Positions 1-17,230 of a DNA stretch of 64,000 nt are shown piece after piece; position 1 is the stretch's first letter; each line of letters begins with the position of its first letter. Where the stretch lies: NCBI RefSeq assembly GCF_009914755.1, contig NC_060938.1. One strand, written 5' to 3'. Below the pieces are notes generated by a model. That model was not told the origin of the DNA. It saw only the letters and a list, made by a program, of their open reading frames with translations, and did not search any database. The DNA is from the human T2T-CHM13v2.0 reference genome, Homo sapiens. The position numbers were made by a program, and so were the translations under genes.

Positions 1-161
1 GCCTTCCCAAAGGGAATAAGATAAACAGAGTCTCTGGGAAATTCCCATGGAATTTACAAGAGCCCTTCCTGGGAAAGTTGATAGGCAAGATCATGAACAA
101 GTCCTGGAAACACAGGGCAGGTAACCACAGTGGGAACACCTGGTGGTAGGGGTCAAGGTAA

Positions 162-530
<369 letters not shown>

Positions 531-3500
531 TAGCATCGAGGGTTGGGCAAAGAAAACACTTCTGTTAATATAAAATGCGTCTATCCATCAGCAGGGCAAG
601 GAGGGGCGACAGAAGCTTCATCAGCACATGAGCAAGACAGCCAAGAGCAGATACAATCTGCCCCAGGCTTCCCCAGGTAGTCAGTCCTCCAGTTAAATCA
701 ATGGCACAATGATTGCAGGTAAGTTGGTGATGACATTCTGAGTCACGCTGCTCAGATCTAAGCTGCCCATCCTCTACGTCTGGTACACAGTCCTAAGGGG
801 TTCCCTTCGTCTCCCTCCTGTGTTAATCCCTGTGTCCTGTACCCCACTCCCCTCTTTACTGATTCCTTCCCCTGCTTCGGTGGTGTGTACTCTCCAGTAG
901 TTCCTTAGAAAGGACGCGTAGGAGGTATGTTTTGTTTTATTTATTTTTTTCTGTGCTTGCTGTCTCCAGTCCAGTAACTCTTGTTTTACCCTTTCCAAGA
1001 AGAAAAGGCAGTCAAGTGGCTGCATAAAGTAGAGGAGATTCTGTGATATAAAGGGATTGCTTTTTTTTTTTGCTTTCCCTACTGTCAACTTAATTATCTT
1101 TCTCAAATGTTCTAAGTCAGTTACCACTTCTCCATCAGTTTTCCAGTCTCCAAAACATAACAGCTATCGTCTCTTCTCCCATGCACCTTGTAGGTTTGCT
1201 GTGGCTTTCACTGGGTTTCAGGAGGGAGTAAAGGTAGCTGTAGCATTTCACATGTTCAATCTGCTACCCTAGCATAGAACTGTGCCTTCAGTTTTGTTTT
1301 CTTGGGGTAGGGAGAAGGAAACTAGCATATCCTACAAAGGAAACTTTTCAAAGGCTTCCGGCTTTCCATCACTTGGTTCTTCCATCTCTCCTGATATGCA
1401 AAATCCATCCTGGGAGGGTGTAATAGAGGAAGGCATATACGTACTCCTGCTTGTTCCTGCCAAAGCCCAGGGCTTAAACTCCAGATCTATGTCACAGCAT
1501 CCTGTCTCACCTTAATAAAAACAGTCTCTGAGCTACACCAAGGCAGAAAGAAAAAAGCAACAGATGGAGACCCAGGGTGTCTGGGTTCTCGCTCCACCAC
1601 TGTGTGACCTTCACCAGGCCCCCATTTCCCTACCTCTGACATTCCTGGAGTCTGTAACTCCCTGGAAACTGTGTCAGTCCTTCCCAGGAGCCAGCCAAGC
1701 CCCACCATCCATCTGAGCTGAAGAACAGCTAAACACAGGGGGAAAAGGAGTTAGGTGAAGTGATTCTACCCCAGAGAAAAGCCCTATTCATTAGACACAG
1801 CCAGCCTTTAGGGCTCCTGAGTGGCACGTGAGATATTTGCTTCCTACAGCACGTTGCCTCCAGTGGAGGAAGGAAGATGATCTCAGACCCAACACAGAGC
1901 AGGCTCCCTGTTGTGCTGACGCAGCAAGAGCTGCATGAGAGAGCCTGACTCGTGGACCACTACCAGGGAGCCAGAGTGTGGCCGCTGTGCATCCCCCAGC
2001 TTCTCCTGGCCCGTGGGGCTCTGCCCGCTCTGTCTCTCCAGGCAAGGCCAAGAGAGGCCAGACTTGCTTACCAAGGCAAATGATTCACCACCTAGACTCC
2101 CCGACTCGACCTCAGCAGAGCTGCGGTGCTGCCTAGAGATGGAAGGGAGACGCCAGCAGCAACGGTGGCCCCAGCAGCTTCCGCATTGTCAGCAGAGCTG
2201 CACCGGGTTCCACTGGCACAACCAGCAAAGCTATGCTTCCCAACAAGGACTCAGGCACAGCAGCCAAGAGTCCCTGCCACAGTAACTACAGAAAGGTGGA
2301 GAGAATTGGCTCCTTGGGGACTTAGGAGTCACTCCCTTTTGGTATAAAAGAGGAAACCAAAGCAAATGAATGGGTACAAAACACCCCTCATAGAGAGAGA
2401 GAGAGAGCATTCAATACAGTGACCTTTTCCTGAGCTAGAGTAAAGCTGAACTACAGTGGTCTCCCTTTCTATGCCTATAACCTGAAGAGGAATAATAAGC
2501 GCTCAATAAACATTCATCTGGAATTAACAAATGAATGCAAATCATCCCAAAAGGTGTCTGCTTAAATCAGTTTAGGTACTGGTCCCCAGCTACCTGTTCC
2601 AGGGCTGGCCATATTGGAGTCCCCTGAGAAGCTACAGTAATGATTTCCAACCTTTCAAAATATGTCCTTTCAGCTGAAAAAAAAAGCCATTATGATGCTA
2701 TTTGTACTTTTAGTGTGTGTTGATTAAGAAGAAAATAATAACCACAACTAATGTTTATGGAGTCCTTCCAACATACCAGGTGCTAAGCTAAGTGATTTAC
2801 ACCTATAATCTTATTTAATCCTCTCATCAATACGGAAAGTAGGTACTATAACTATGCCCACTTTCAGATATGGAGACTGAAATTCAGGCAGGCTGGTCTA
2901 CAAGTGGGAAGAGACGAAGCCAGGACATTTCATTCAGCCCAGGCCTGAATGAAATCAGTCAGGACCCCAGACCACCATGCCATATTAAACACTAAGAAAA
3001 TACTAAACACCCTAAGAAAATGCTTCTAAGTGAATTCATATTTTCTCAACAAAACAGCACCCATGCACATTTGAAAAACAGAAATATTTACACTTTATAC
3101 AAACACTGTCAAAGATACCTTTCAGTAACCCTCTCCCCAAGGGAACCACTGATCTCAATGCTGCAACTATAAGCACGTTATGCAGAAAGCAGTAGGTCAT
3201 TGCCCCCAAGGAAGGAATTACCTGTCTGCTTCCATCGCACATCCAAGCAAGTGTCTCAAGGCCTCCAACTCTGAAGGGGTGAATGGGAGAGAAATCTCCA
3301 AGTAAGGGTTAAAGCAGAAGGACAGAGTCAGCAGCAGAAAGAGAAAACAAATTGAAAACACAGCAGAAAGGGATTGCTACATTAGCAATCCTGGCAGCAT
3401 ATCAGGGAAGGACTAACAAGGGATTAATGATAGGAAAAGAGCCTGAAATCTGTGACCCAGACTGCTAGTCGCCCTTCAGTGGTTATTCTCCCCTCCTCCC

Positions 3501-4356
3501 ATAGTAATGGAACCCACAATTGCAAGATGGGCACCAGGCCACTCAGAACATTTACTACATTTTCCAGCCTCCTTGTTCTGAGATGTAGCCAGGTAACTAA
3601 AAAGTGTCATTGTAGGTGCTTTCTGTAACCTGTCTTAAAAGATTCCAGCTCTAGGCCTTTGGACTTTGTTCTTCATCCCTTTATACACTGTGCTATCTGG
3701 AAAGTGAATGTGATAGCTGGAGGTCTAGCTACCATCTTGGACCATGAGGACATGATCATGCCCCAAGAGTTGGCAGAGCTGTGAACGAGAAGGAGGTAAG
3801 GCTCATGGAACAGAGATGTCTTGCCAATCACTGGCCATCTCATGCCAAACTTTTACATACAAGAGAGACACTTATTTCAGCTAGTGTTACTTTAAGTGTC
3901 TATTTCTCACAGCTAATCTAACTGAATTAATACAGAGTTCAATTCCTACAAAATATCTTGCTCATTACTACAGCAAAACAGACACAGACATATCAAAATT
4001 GCAAATCTAAACCAAAACCAAGATCCCAGTCAACAGAGTCTCAGTATGATACAATGAAAGATTTGGATAGCCTCTCCAAGCTGCCGTAAAGTTAATCAAC
4101 GTGAAATCTATGTTCTATACTAAGTATTGATTTAAACCTTTCAAAAATAATATAATAACCCACATGTACTGAAAGCCTGTATGTATCAGGCACTGTGCTA
4201 AATAGGCAAGGGGTGTTCAAATACCGTGTAAATTAAACCAATATCTCCCCTCAAGATCACCAGCCAGGAGGAAGAGTCAGTGAGTGAGAAAGGATAAAGC
4301 AGGAGACCTTTGTTATTTATTACAAGGCTTGTAATATATTTCGGCTTTTTAAACTA

Positions 4357-5021
<665 letters not shown>

Positions 5022-5875
5022 GATATAATAGGCAGCTTAATACATGTAACTATATTATAATAAAACATTAGTATATAAGATGATAAGCGAAACGTTTTTC
5101 TTCACTTTCATCATTGTCGAAATCCAAAATCATCTAGGATAAACATGTGTTTTTGTTACTTTCATAAATTATTTAATAATAATAGCAGCTACTATTTTTT
5201 TGCATACCTACTATGTCCCAGGTGCAATACTAGACACTTCACATCCACATTACCTCATGCAGTTTTCATGGCTATCCTGCAAGTTGGGTAGCATCCTCAT
5301 TTTATAGTTGAGGAAGCTGGGACTCAAAGGGCAAGTAACTTTTCCACATCTAGGAAGCGAAAGAGTCAAGATTTGAATCTTGCTCTGGCTTCTAGGCCTA
5401 TGCTCCTTTCACTATACCCTGCTGCCCCCTCCATTTGGGGGTCAAATGTTGAGAAGATACATCTCTACAATACCAGTCTCTCATAGGCCACAGTGTATGA
5501 CCCACAACTTACTTTTATTTGCCTGGGGACAGTCTCATATTATAAATCCACTGGGCATAACCTTGCTGAATCCTACATCCGGAATGGACCAATGCCCATA
5601 ACACTACTGAACACAGAGCCCAGCACTAGAAGTGGGTCTCTACATGGCACTATCAAGCTAATGGCTACTTCTCACTGGCAGGGACAAGGAGAGAAACCTG
5701 TGTTTAGAACAGAAGAGAACTGGAAGAGAAGCCACCAAAGCTATCAGTCAAACCTAATTCTACCTCTAAGTCCACTGCCCTTTCCACTAGAACCCAGGAG
5801 GTCCTGGACTAAAACCAAACCACCTGAGTCTTATTTCATATCCTTCTAGGGAAGGGAACTAGGCTTTTATATTTA

Positions 5876-6241
<366 letters not shown>

Positions 6242-6822
6242 TCAGGATCAAACTCTAATAGCTTGGCAAGGTGTGGTGGCAAAAGCTTACCGGCAGGCAG
6301 CATCTCCCCAGGCATAATTTAGGACAAATATGTGCTAAAAGCACCATGGCTGAGACAGTAGCTTGTGGCTTGCGGGGAGGGTGTTGATGGGCAGGAGAAG
6401 AAACCCTCCTACACTAGGTCTGAAACCATTTCAGAAGTTTTGAGTTTTGCTTTGAGTAGTACAGGCTGGACCCTGCAAATTCAATACCATGCCTCATCCT
6501 CTACATGGTATATCCAGATAAACTATGAGGAAGGTCAGTGGGAGAGCTAGGAACCAAAAACTTAAATGTTCACAAGTGTGAGAAAAAAACTAATAAAGCA
6601 AAGGAATCCCTACGATCTTAAAGCTCTGCTCACTCCGTTAGAGATTCACCCTCAAAATAGGTATATATTTGGCGCTAGCAGTAGCAGGTAGGTCCCATAT
6701 AGCTGTTCACTCGGGCCCCAAATAAAGCATTCTCAACCTAGAACCTCCACTTTGATTTAAAAAAAAATCCTCTCCCATCAGCCCTTAAGACACTAGGCTA
6801 TAAAAACTATGAAACACCCTGA

Positions 6823-7202
<380 letters not shown>

Positions 7203-8084
7203 TAGTCATTTCTCAGGGGAATCTCCAGTTCCTGCCCCCATCCATATCAAATCACCATCCACTTATCTTTTTTCTTTTCTAAAATGTGTGCCCTATCCAA
7301 TGACTCATCCCCAGAGCAGCAGAAAGCACTCTTAGACAGTGGTGAGAAAGGCTGAGGCTCATATATCAGAAAGGCAAAGAATAAGTGTCCACTCCAAAAC
7401 CTCTGGACCCCAGCTCCACTGTTCACCAGCAACCATAGTCAGCCAAGGGAGAAGCATTACTCACTGCTCATTCATCCCAGGAAAGACCCTCCTGACATAC
7501 TCAAAAGCAGAGGGAATGGTTATTTTACAGAAGGAGGGTCTCCTTGCTCCATCACATCCCAGGGTTCAGAAAGTCTTCCCTATCAAACCAGTCTGATGCT
7601 ATTAAAAGTAGTCAGGGGATACTGGCTGGAGTCCCAAAGCATAAGGACCACTGGTCACCAGAGAGTCACAAGCCCTGGCAAGTCAACTCTTAAGACACTA
7701 GATCCTTGGCTGTGAAAAGATATATCAGGACCATGAGGCCCCACCCTGACTAATGCAGTGTCCACCTAGTTCTCTGCGAAGAGACACCAGCACCATGGGT
7801 GGAAAGGGCTAAAGCCTCTAAGACATAACCAACATCCAAGACCAGAATTATAATCAGGACAGAATCCAAGATTTCACTCCAAAAAATCAAGATTCCTCCC
7901 AGCCAACACGCATGCCTGAGAATCTACCTACTTTGGCAGAAACTGGTAAAAGATACCAACCACTGTGGTTACTAGAAAAGGTCGACAGTCACCTACACAG
8001 AAAAAAGGAAAGGAAAAGAGAGGGATAAATAGATGATCCTATAAAGGAAACTAGGACGGAACCTCTCTCTCTCCCTTTTGTCTT

Positions 8085-8579
8085 TTGTTGTTTGTTGTTG
8101 TTGTTATTGTTGTTGTTGTTGTTTTGAGACAAGGTATCACTCTGTCACCCAGGCTGGAGTGCAGTGGTATAATCTCAGCTCACTGCAACCTCTGCCCCCT
8201 GCTGCCTTGGGCTCAAGCAATCCTCCCACCTCAGCCTCCCAAGTAGCCTCAACCACAGGCACACATCACCACGCCCAGCTATTTTTTTTTTTTTTTTTGA
8301 GACGGAGTCCCCCTTTGTCACCCAGGTTGGAGTGTCACGACGCGATCTCTGCTCACTGCAACTCCGTCTCTCAGGTTCAAGCAATTCTCATGCCTCAGCC
8401 TCCTGAGTAGCTGGGATTACAGGTATGTGCCACCACACCTGGCTAATTTTTGTGTTTTTAACAGAGACGGGGTTTCGCCATGTTGGCCAGGCTGGTCTCA
8501 AACTCCTGACCTCAGGTGATCCACCGTCCTCGGCCTCCCAAAGTGCAGGGGTTACAGGCATGAGCCACTGCACCAGGCC
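8085..8579 (-). mobile_element. AluJ-type right arm abutting a full AluS
   Basis: (TTG)n tail, AluJ-like arm to 8281, then a T-run and a complete Alu to 8579. Confidence 0.8.
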
Positions 8580-10999
8580 AAACTTCTCTCATTCTGGCCA
8601 TATAAGTCTACACCTATAACACTGTCATCATCATTGCTAGCATTTACTGAGCACTTACCACATGGCAGGCACCATGCTAAGCATTTTACGTGCAGTACTT
8701 ATATAAAAACAGATGTACTGTTTTAATCTCTATTTACGGATATGTACTGTTTTAATCTCTACTTACAGATGAAGAAGCTGTGGCTGAGAAGTGAGGATAT
8801 TCCCCTGAGCTACCCAGCCAGAAAGTGGTAAAGTGGGGACCACTGGCTACTCTCATGCTCTTGATGATGCCTTACCCTACCCCGTCCACCCATCTTGTTT
8901 GAACACCTAACATGGAGGATGCCTGAAACTAGAATGTACAGAGGAAGGGGCTCCTTAGAAGGGGCTCACAGAATAAACAACTGCTCTCTGTGCTGTAACG
9001 AGAGGACAGGGTTTGGTCCAGGGGGAGATCAGAAGAAAGACCACTCCCAGCAGAGGGAATAACGTGAGTCCAGGTCCAAGAGGGCTGAGGGGCCTTGACA
9101 TATCTAAGAAATAGTCCCTTGTAGCTGGAGCAGAACTTTCATGAGGTGGAAAGGGAGAAGAAGGAGCTGCAGTGAAGGGCTGGGGCAGGACTGGAAGACT
9201 ACAGACCCTGCCAAGGAACTTGGAAATGACCCTGGAGTCACAAGTAGTTTTTAAGCAGAAAAGTGTTGTGACAAGATTTGAGTTTCAGCAAAACAACTAT
9301 GGTTGCAGTGAGACAAATTAAACTGACAAAGCAACAGACTGGCAGTGAGCCACAGTAAGTAACCTATTACAATTGTCCAGGGGACAATGGTGAATGACAA
9401 ACTCAAGTACTGGGGATGGAAAGGATGGGACAGTCAGACAGAGTAATTAATTTCACATACACGGAGAAAGAGTGGTCCATGAGTCCTAGGAAATCTCTCT
9501 GACATCACATCACTTACTTGCTCTGGCTAAGTCCCTGTATGTCACCAATCTCACAGGAATATACTAGCATTTAGTGAGTTCAGTGGGGTTTAGTGGTCCC
9601 ACTCCTCCTACCTCTAGGCTAACATTCACCCACCCACTCTTCCCTTCCAACAGGAACTGAAGCTTCTGCAGTCACAAACACCTAGAAACAGGGTTCCTTC
9701 ATTTTCAGTTGTAGCTACCAACTCACATATTACTGACTGCTACTAACTAGACCAGATGCAATTCCACAGTTCTGGCATGCTGAGAACAGCCACTCCTTGC
9801 CAACGCGGCTCAGTCCTGCATTCATTTGGGACATCTCTGGCAAGCCCCCAGGTATCAGTGCAATGCACTTTGCAATGTCAGCCAAGGGCATGCAGCAAGG
9901 AACTCAGGGAATGGCACAACCTAAGAATGACGTCAGAGGAGACAGAACGGATAGATGAGCTTCCTGGGGCTGGCTAGTGTCTTGATCCTTCAGACAGGCA
10001 CCCAGGCCTTATGCAAAGTTTTCAGACAGGCTGGTTAGTTAACAAGATTGGGATACTAGGGTGATAGTTTGAACCAGGCCACTCCCAAACAACTCTGGCT
10101 GGCCATAATGTGCATATGTGTTCTGGGGAACAAGGGAACAAATCAGATGTATTCATGTGGACCAGCACTGGAGAAACAACCCAAAGCACCAGCCTTCCTC
10201 ATAATGTGCCCACATCCATGCCTGCCGCATGACTTAACAGCATGAGGTGTGGATTTCTGCTGCCTTGTTGGGCTGGAGGATAGAAGGAGACATGATAGGG
10301 AACTAATATATTTATAGGCCTCCTGTAGGCACAGCACAATTCATCAGCCTTGAAAAATGACTCCTTTAACCAGCCCCAACTTTCTATGGGAACTTCACTT
10401 TCATCTCTTTCTTGGAGGCCGTACCCACTTCCCACATCTCCCATGCTGCTGAGTGAAAGGTTCTCATGATTAAAACAGAAGAATAAGCACCATCTCCCTG
10501 ACCAAACCTCCCACGTGTCTGCAGGACACCTAGCTCTCTCTAACATCCTAAAATATAACTGCTTCAAAAGGCGTCAACTTGGACACCTACAGCCCTTGCC
10601 ATCTTGTGCAAATTAAGCCCAGAAAACACAGCTGGGACTCCATCCCTCACCTCATCCAGGCGCAGATATCACCAGCAGGAAACAGAAAGCCAGAGGCTTT
10701 TGTGCAGCCACTTTCCTTACTAAAGAACATCTCCTTAAACACCTGCCTCCCCTGAATTTTCTCATCGTATCAGCTCAAACTGACTGAGAAGAGCTGCCAG
10801 ATCTCCGTCATACCTCTGAAGTACCCAGCTACATACCAGATAAAAATAACCAAAAAAGAGGAAGCCTATCAGATGCTCGATGGTTTTGTCAACAGAAAGC
10901 AGTTCTTTCTTGGCAGGTGGCCATGGGGTGCAGCCGCCGCACAGGCTCTCCAGGGCCTTGTATCCCCAAGCTCTGCTAGCAGAGTTCCCTTAGCAGGCA

Positions 11000-11550
11000 T
11001 GGAAGGTTGCATTTTCAAAGTGGTCCATCATCTCCCATCCTCTGTGCTTTTCCCCAGTGTGATCTTGACACTTTTCCCACTGAGAGGTGGGTCTGTGTCC
11101 TCTCCACTTGAAGCTGAGTGGTCTTGAGACTCACTTTAACAGAATGCAGAAGAAATGACAATGCCCGACTTCTAAGCTAGATCAGAAAAGATGCTACAGC
11201 TTCCCCATGTTCACTGGAACACTTGGGTCTGCAGCCTTGAGCCACTATGTAAGGCCAAGAGCCCTAAGAGAGCCATGCTCATGGACAGACTGCACATGGG
11301 CACTCCCATCAGCAGTCCTGGCCTCCAGCTTCTCCCAGCTCAGGCACTGAGCCATGTGTGTGAACAACCTTCAGATGGTTCCTGCCTCCATCTGCAGCCT
11401 CCCCTAGCCTTCAAGTCTTCCCAGGTGAGGCCCCAGACATTGACAAGCCATCCCTAATGAGCTCTTTCCAAATTCCTGACCCAAGTCTCCATGAGCTTAA
11501 TAAAATGTTCTTGTTTGGGGTCGTTTGTTCTGAAGAAATAGTAATGGAAA
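11000..11550 (+). mobile_element. MLT1-family MaLR LTR (diverged)
   Basis: MLT1-like motifs (GCCATGTGTGTGAA, CCAAATTCCTGACC, TAATAAAATG...TTTGGGG). Boundaries approximate. Confidence 0.55.
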
Positions 11551-11624
11551 CAGTAGGTGATACACTGTGAGTCTAGTCTCATATCTGCTGCTGCTCTTGA
11601 ATTTTTTAAAAAGGAAAAACTACC

Positions 11625-11795
11625 TTTTACTGAGCATTTACTTTGTGCCAGGCATTATGCTAAGGGTTTACACACATAACTTCATTTAATCCTCATTATA
11701 ATGCCATGAGTAAATACTAGAATTATCCCCATTTTACAGAGGAGGAAATGGGCTCAGGGTCGAGGACTTTGCCCAAAGCCAGGTCTGCCTGATTC
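11625..11795 (-). mobile_element. MIR (representative; similar copies near 2760-2890, 5190-5390, 15095-15230, 18350-18565, 43180-43370, 44830-45030)
   Basis: ATTATCCCCATTTTACAGAGGAGGAAA MIR core. Confidence 0.65.
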
Positions 11796-14005
11796 AGAGC
11801 CCACAACTGTACCAGCCCACAACTGTACCAGCCCAGGTTCTCTGGCCACTTAGAAAGAGGAGCTGTTTCACATGGAAGACTCAACTTCTTGGGAGCATGG
11901 CTTTCCTAGTCAACATTCCAGGTCTGGGAATTGCCTAAAGAACCCAGGTGATGGGACATGGCATCAGTGAACACTTGGCTCTGTCTGAGCTGGGGCAGGC
12001 CGCCTTCCCTGGGAGGTCATAGCTATGGCCTACCTGCCCTATTACCAACTCTTGAATCCTACCCCTTCTTTGAGGCCTAATTGTTCCATCAAGGCCTCCC
12101 AGGGAATTCTGCCTTCTCCAGACCCCATCTCATGTATCTTGACACGCTGCCCCCTACTACATCACACTGTTCTGGTTGTTTAGGATGTGTTTACATAGCA
12201 CAACTCCTAAGGATGGAAAGAATGCAGTGGAAGTGACCTCTATGTTATGTATATAATAAATTGACCGTATTTCTTACAGCATGTATGCAATAGCAGGCAC
12301 GTCAATTTCTTATGAGGACATTTGGGTAATAAAATTACCCACATCGGTTGAGAATCATGATCTATACAAAAAGAAAACACTCCAGGCTCTGTGACCTGCA
12401 CTTCACCCCAGGCATTGCAGAGGAGAAAGGATTTGAGGGCAGAGGAGGAAGCGGTACAAGCCACCACAGATACCACCTTCATCCCATCACCTTGCAGGCA
12501 AGGAAGTCCCAACCACAAAGGCTCGAAACACTGGGAGTTGCCATTGTGAACCACAAGTCCTTAATAGCCCTGGAAAGCTATGAAACACCAATTAAAGTTT
12601 CCTATGAATCACTTTTCAACCTCTCCATGTAAGAGCAGGGAGGAACCAACCTCAAGTACCTCCTCAGGCCAAGACTAGCTTTGCTCTGACTCACTGTCTT
12701 TCAGTCTATGATATGGATGCTTTTCTAATTCCTTCCTCCCACCTCCATGTCCATTGGATGGGGAAGATGAGACTTCCTAGCATCTTCCTAGTCTACCTCT
12801 GAATATTACTCTACAAATCCTGTTCCCCATGAGACAGAGTTGAGGATCTCACCATGGTAGGGAAAATTCAAAACTATACAAATTCTCTAGATGTTACACC
12901 TCAGTTTCCAGGTGAAAGCCAGTCCTTTCCTTCCTTCCCTGCTACCTGGAAGGTGGGCATAACAGGCATACCCAGAAACTGCTGGGAAAACGCTCAAATG
13001 CCGTGTTCTCTGCCTTCAGTGAATGCCCATGTAAGGAAAAGTCTTAGAATATCTTATTTTTCCTCAGTGGGGTCACTTTTACTCTTCCTGGAAGGTCATT
13101 ATCCCAGTCTCTCCACCAATATACTACACATCAAATCAAGCATCAAAATGCTTGTAAGAAACCTAAAATTGGCCAGATTCATGGTCCATGCAACTAGAGT
13201 CAAGCATATAAAGCCACAGACTCACATGTTAGAAGCCCAGGACAGTACTGTGTCCAAACAACGGTAAGGTGGGAAGGAAGACGGCATCCTAAAGTAAATT
13301 CAAATTAGTCTGACTCTTATTTTTCTTGAGCATCCAAAGGTTTCATATGATCCACAGCAACGCTTCCTCAAATACCCCTTTTTAATTCCATCCACTGTCC
13401 TTATAGAAAGAAGCTCCCTCATTTCCTGCTCAAAATTCCTCCCAAAAGAGCTCCTGAAGGATTCTACTCTTTGTCCCCTCCCCTTTCCTCCCATCACAAA
13501 GCTCTAAAGTTCCAGGAGCAGCAAAATCCAAATTCTCTTTGTGAGGTGGGCGAAGGAAATAGCCGGGAGGCTTCACTCATTGATAGTCCAGGTGTTATTC
13601 CACCAGCAATCAATCCAAATTGGAGCTTCAAGGAATGAACAGTGAAGTCAAATTTGTCTTTCATAGTATTCATCTAAAAGTGTTAAGTGGGCACCACAAA
13701 GCATGCTCAGCGCTCCTCCAGGAGGAATGGAACTGCTCTCTTGCTCACGCATGGTCCATTTGGCCATAAATTCAGCTGCAAAGAAACACCCCAGAAAGGC
13801 CCGCTCACCTCCCAGACTACACAGAGCTGAAAGACGTGGCATCTGAATAACCACACAGGGCTCTGCAATTAACAGACGTGTCCAAACCCTTTTTGAATGT
13901 TTATATTACTTTTCTGGTTAAAATTTTTTAAATTCCATAAACAATCATCTGTGAATGTATCTGAAATCTATATATACTTCTTTTGTTTAAACAAAAACAA
14001 ACCAC

Positions 14006-14720
<715 letters not shown>

Positions 14721-15280
14721 TGGAAGAAGAAGCAAACCTGAGGCTACAGAAGCATGGCTGAGGTTCAAATTGTGCTTTTGGAGGGGCCCTGGGGAAAAGA
14801 GAAATGAGAAACTAGCTCTCAGGTCTTGTGCATTTTAGGACCATCAGGTCTGGAGGTACCAGAGGTCCTGGGTTGGAGAAATAAAGGATCCCCTATCTGT
14901 AGTTCGAAATGTGGGGATGATCTACCCCACAAAGTCCCCAAGACCAGGTTTAATGTCCAGGTCTAGCCCTGTTGCACCCAGACTCTGGTGAGTCACAGGG
15001 TCCGTCCTGCAGAACAAGGTGCTAGAGAAGGATCTCCTATTGCAGTCTGTTTCCAACAAGCAGAGCAGAAAGAAAACCATGCAAGCACTCAAGAGCCTGG
15101 TATTTGAGTCCAGGCCCTATCATTCTCTAGCTATGTGTTCTTGGGCAGGGCATTGTTAAACCTCCCTGAGCCTCAGCTTCCTCTGTTATAAAATGGGGAT
15201 ACTACCACCTCTTCCTGGAGTACCTCAGGTAGATACTGTTTCAAATAAAATTCTAAAGGACCAAATACAAAGCATGATTA

Positions 15281-15968
15281 CAGGAGTCCCTCCTTATCTT
15301 CAGGGGACACATTCCAGGATCCCCAGTGGATGCCCCAATCCATGGATAGAACCCTGTATATACTGTTTTTTCCTATACATTCATACCTATGATAAAGTTT
15401 AATTTATAAATTAGGCACAGTAAGAGATTAACACTAACAATAAAATAGAACAACTATACTATAAGAAAAGTTTTATTAATGTGGTTTCTCTCTCTCTCTG
15501 AAAAGATCTTGTTGTACTGTATTCGCCCTTCTTGTGACGTTATGAGATGAAAAAATGGGTACGTGATGAGATGAAGTGCGCGGTAGATGACATAGGCGAG
15601 GTGACACAGTGACACAGTGTTTGGTACTCCCAACCTTCTGATGTGTAGTCAGAGGATCGTCTGCTTTGGATGACCCGGGATCACTGAGTTGTGACAATGT
15701 CAATGGTTGGATGTCAGGACAGACCATGTGGATGACTAATGGGCAGGTAGTACACCCAGTGTGGACATGCTGGACAGGATGTGATTCACATCCCACACAA
15801 GAAGGGGTGGGAAGGCGTGAGACTTCATTGCGCTACTCAGAATGGTGTGCAATTTAAAACTTATGAATCGTTATTTCTAGAATGTTCCATGTAATATTTC
15901 TGGATCACAGTTGACTATGAGTAACTAAAAACAGGGAGAGTCAAATGGCAGATAAGAGGGGACTACCA
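15281..15968. mobile_element. MER44-type (Tigger/TcMar) non-autonomous DNA transposon
   Basis: Imperfect TIRs CAGGAGTCCCTCCTTATC and GATAAGAGGGGACTAC, flanked by TA on both sides. The internal sequence resembles MER44. Confidence 0.75.
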
Positions 15969-17230
15969 TACTCTTTCTACTACCTCTAGGACTATTTGGG
16001 GGATGAAGGAAATGAGGGCCATGTATTACTGTCACCATGAATAATAAGCCAAGGAGAGTATCAGATAATATCCAGTTACACTAATAATCTTAAGTCATCT
16101 GAAGCTTATGTGGGAAAATTTTACGTCCTTAGTTGATTTTCCATTGCCATCCATGGGATGTGATGTGGCATCTCCCCTTGTCACTAGCTGCTGTGCATTT
16201 GGGCAAAGCAAGCTATTTTATTATTAATTTAATCCAAATACTTAGTAAGGGTAGGTCTCCTAAGGCAGGGGAGAGGGGAAAACAACTCTCTATCACACAA
16301 CTGTGCCAATAACAGGGAGATTATTAACAATCCACTCCAGGATTCCCATCTATCTTTCAGCGGGGATTCCTATCTCTAAGCACAGGGAGCCAGGAGTCTA
16401 CTGCTTAAGAAATAAAAAATGTTTTTATTATTCTTTTCTTCCTAAAAATTGTACCACCTAGAAGAATACTGAACACTGTTATCCTTCTACATAACATACC
16501 AAAGACCGAGTTCATGTTAGTAACCAGGAAAAACACTGACTTCACCCCAAACTTTGACCTTGGGACCTTACAAGGAAATTGTCCCCCTGGTTCCTCGAAT
16601 GGGGTACAGATCCTGTTTCCACTGTTGTCTGAAATACTTTGGTCCTAGCTGGAAAGCCTGGCAGAGTAACAGTGTTCCATTGTCGGGCTAAAAGAAGGAA
16701 CACTATCATGAGCATCAGGATGACCTTAGGCAAGTCACTCAGCTTCTCTAGTTCACAACTGTAAGGTTCCAGTAAGCTCTAATCATATCTATAAGCAAAA
16801 AAGAAAGTCAAGAATGACCAGAATCCAAAATCTATCGCTATTTTCCCTACCCACAGTCCTTTTCTCCTTCCTCTTATTTATTGTTTTTATTTTTAGTTTT
16901 TTGGTTTTTCTTGGTACTCACTGATTAAGGCATCCTCCTTCCTCTTGGACCCTGAAGGTTAACAGAATGCAGAAACAAAAACAAATTTTAAGTGTCCAGA
17001 TGGCATGTACACCGTGAATAAAACAGCAGGAGGAGATGAGGTATATAGATAAGAATAGGAAAGCCAAATATAAAGATGAAAACAGTTGTATCTGCACACT
17101 GGAATCTAGCATAACTATTTTTTTTTCCTTTTTCAATGATACTTTTTCCTGTTATATTGCCTCATAAGCCACATCAGCTTGCAGTCACAAGGATTTGCAG
17201 AGAAAGATCTTAACTATAAGATCAGTCACT

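Noticed and set aside
1935-2285. Gln-rich 116-aa + strand ORF in unique DNA
   Set aside because: No recognisable domain, splice context or processed-pseudogene hallmarks.
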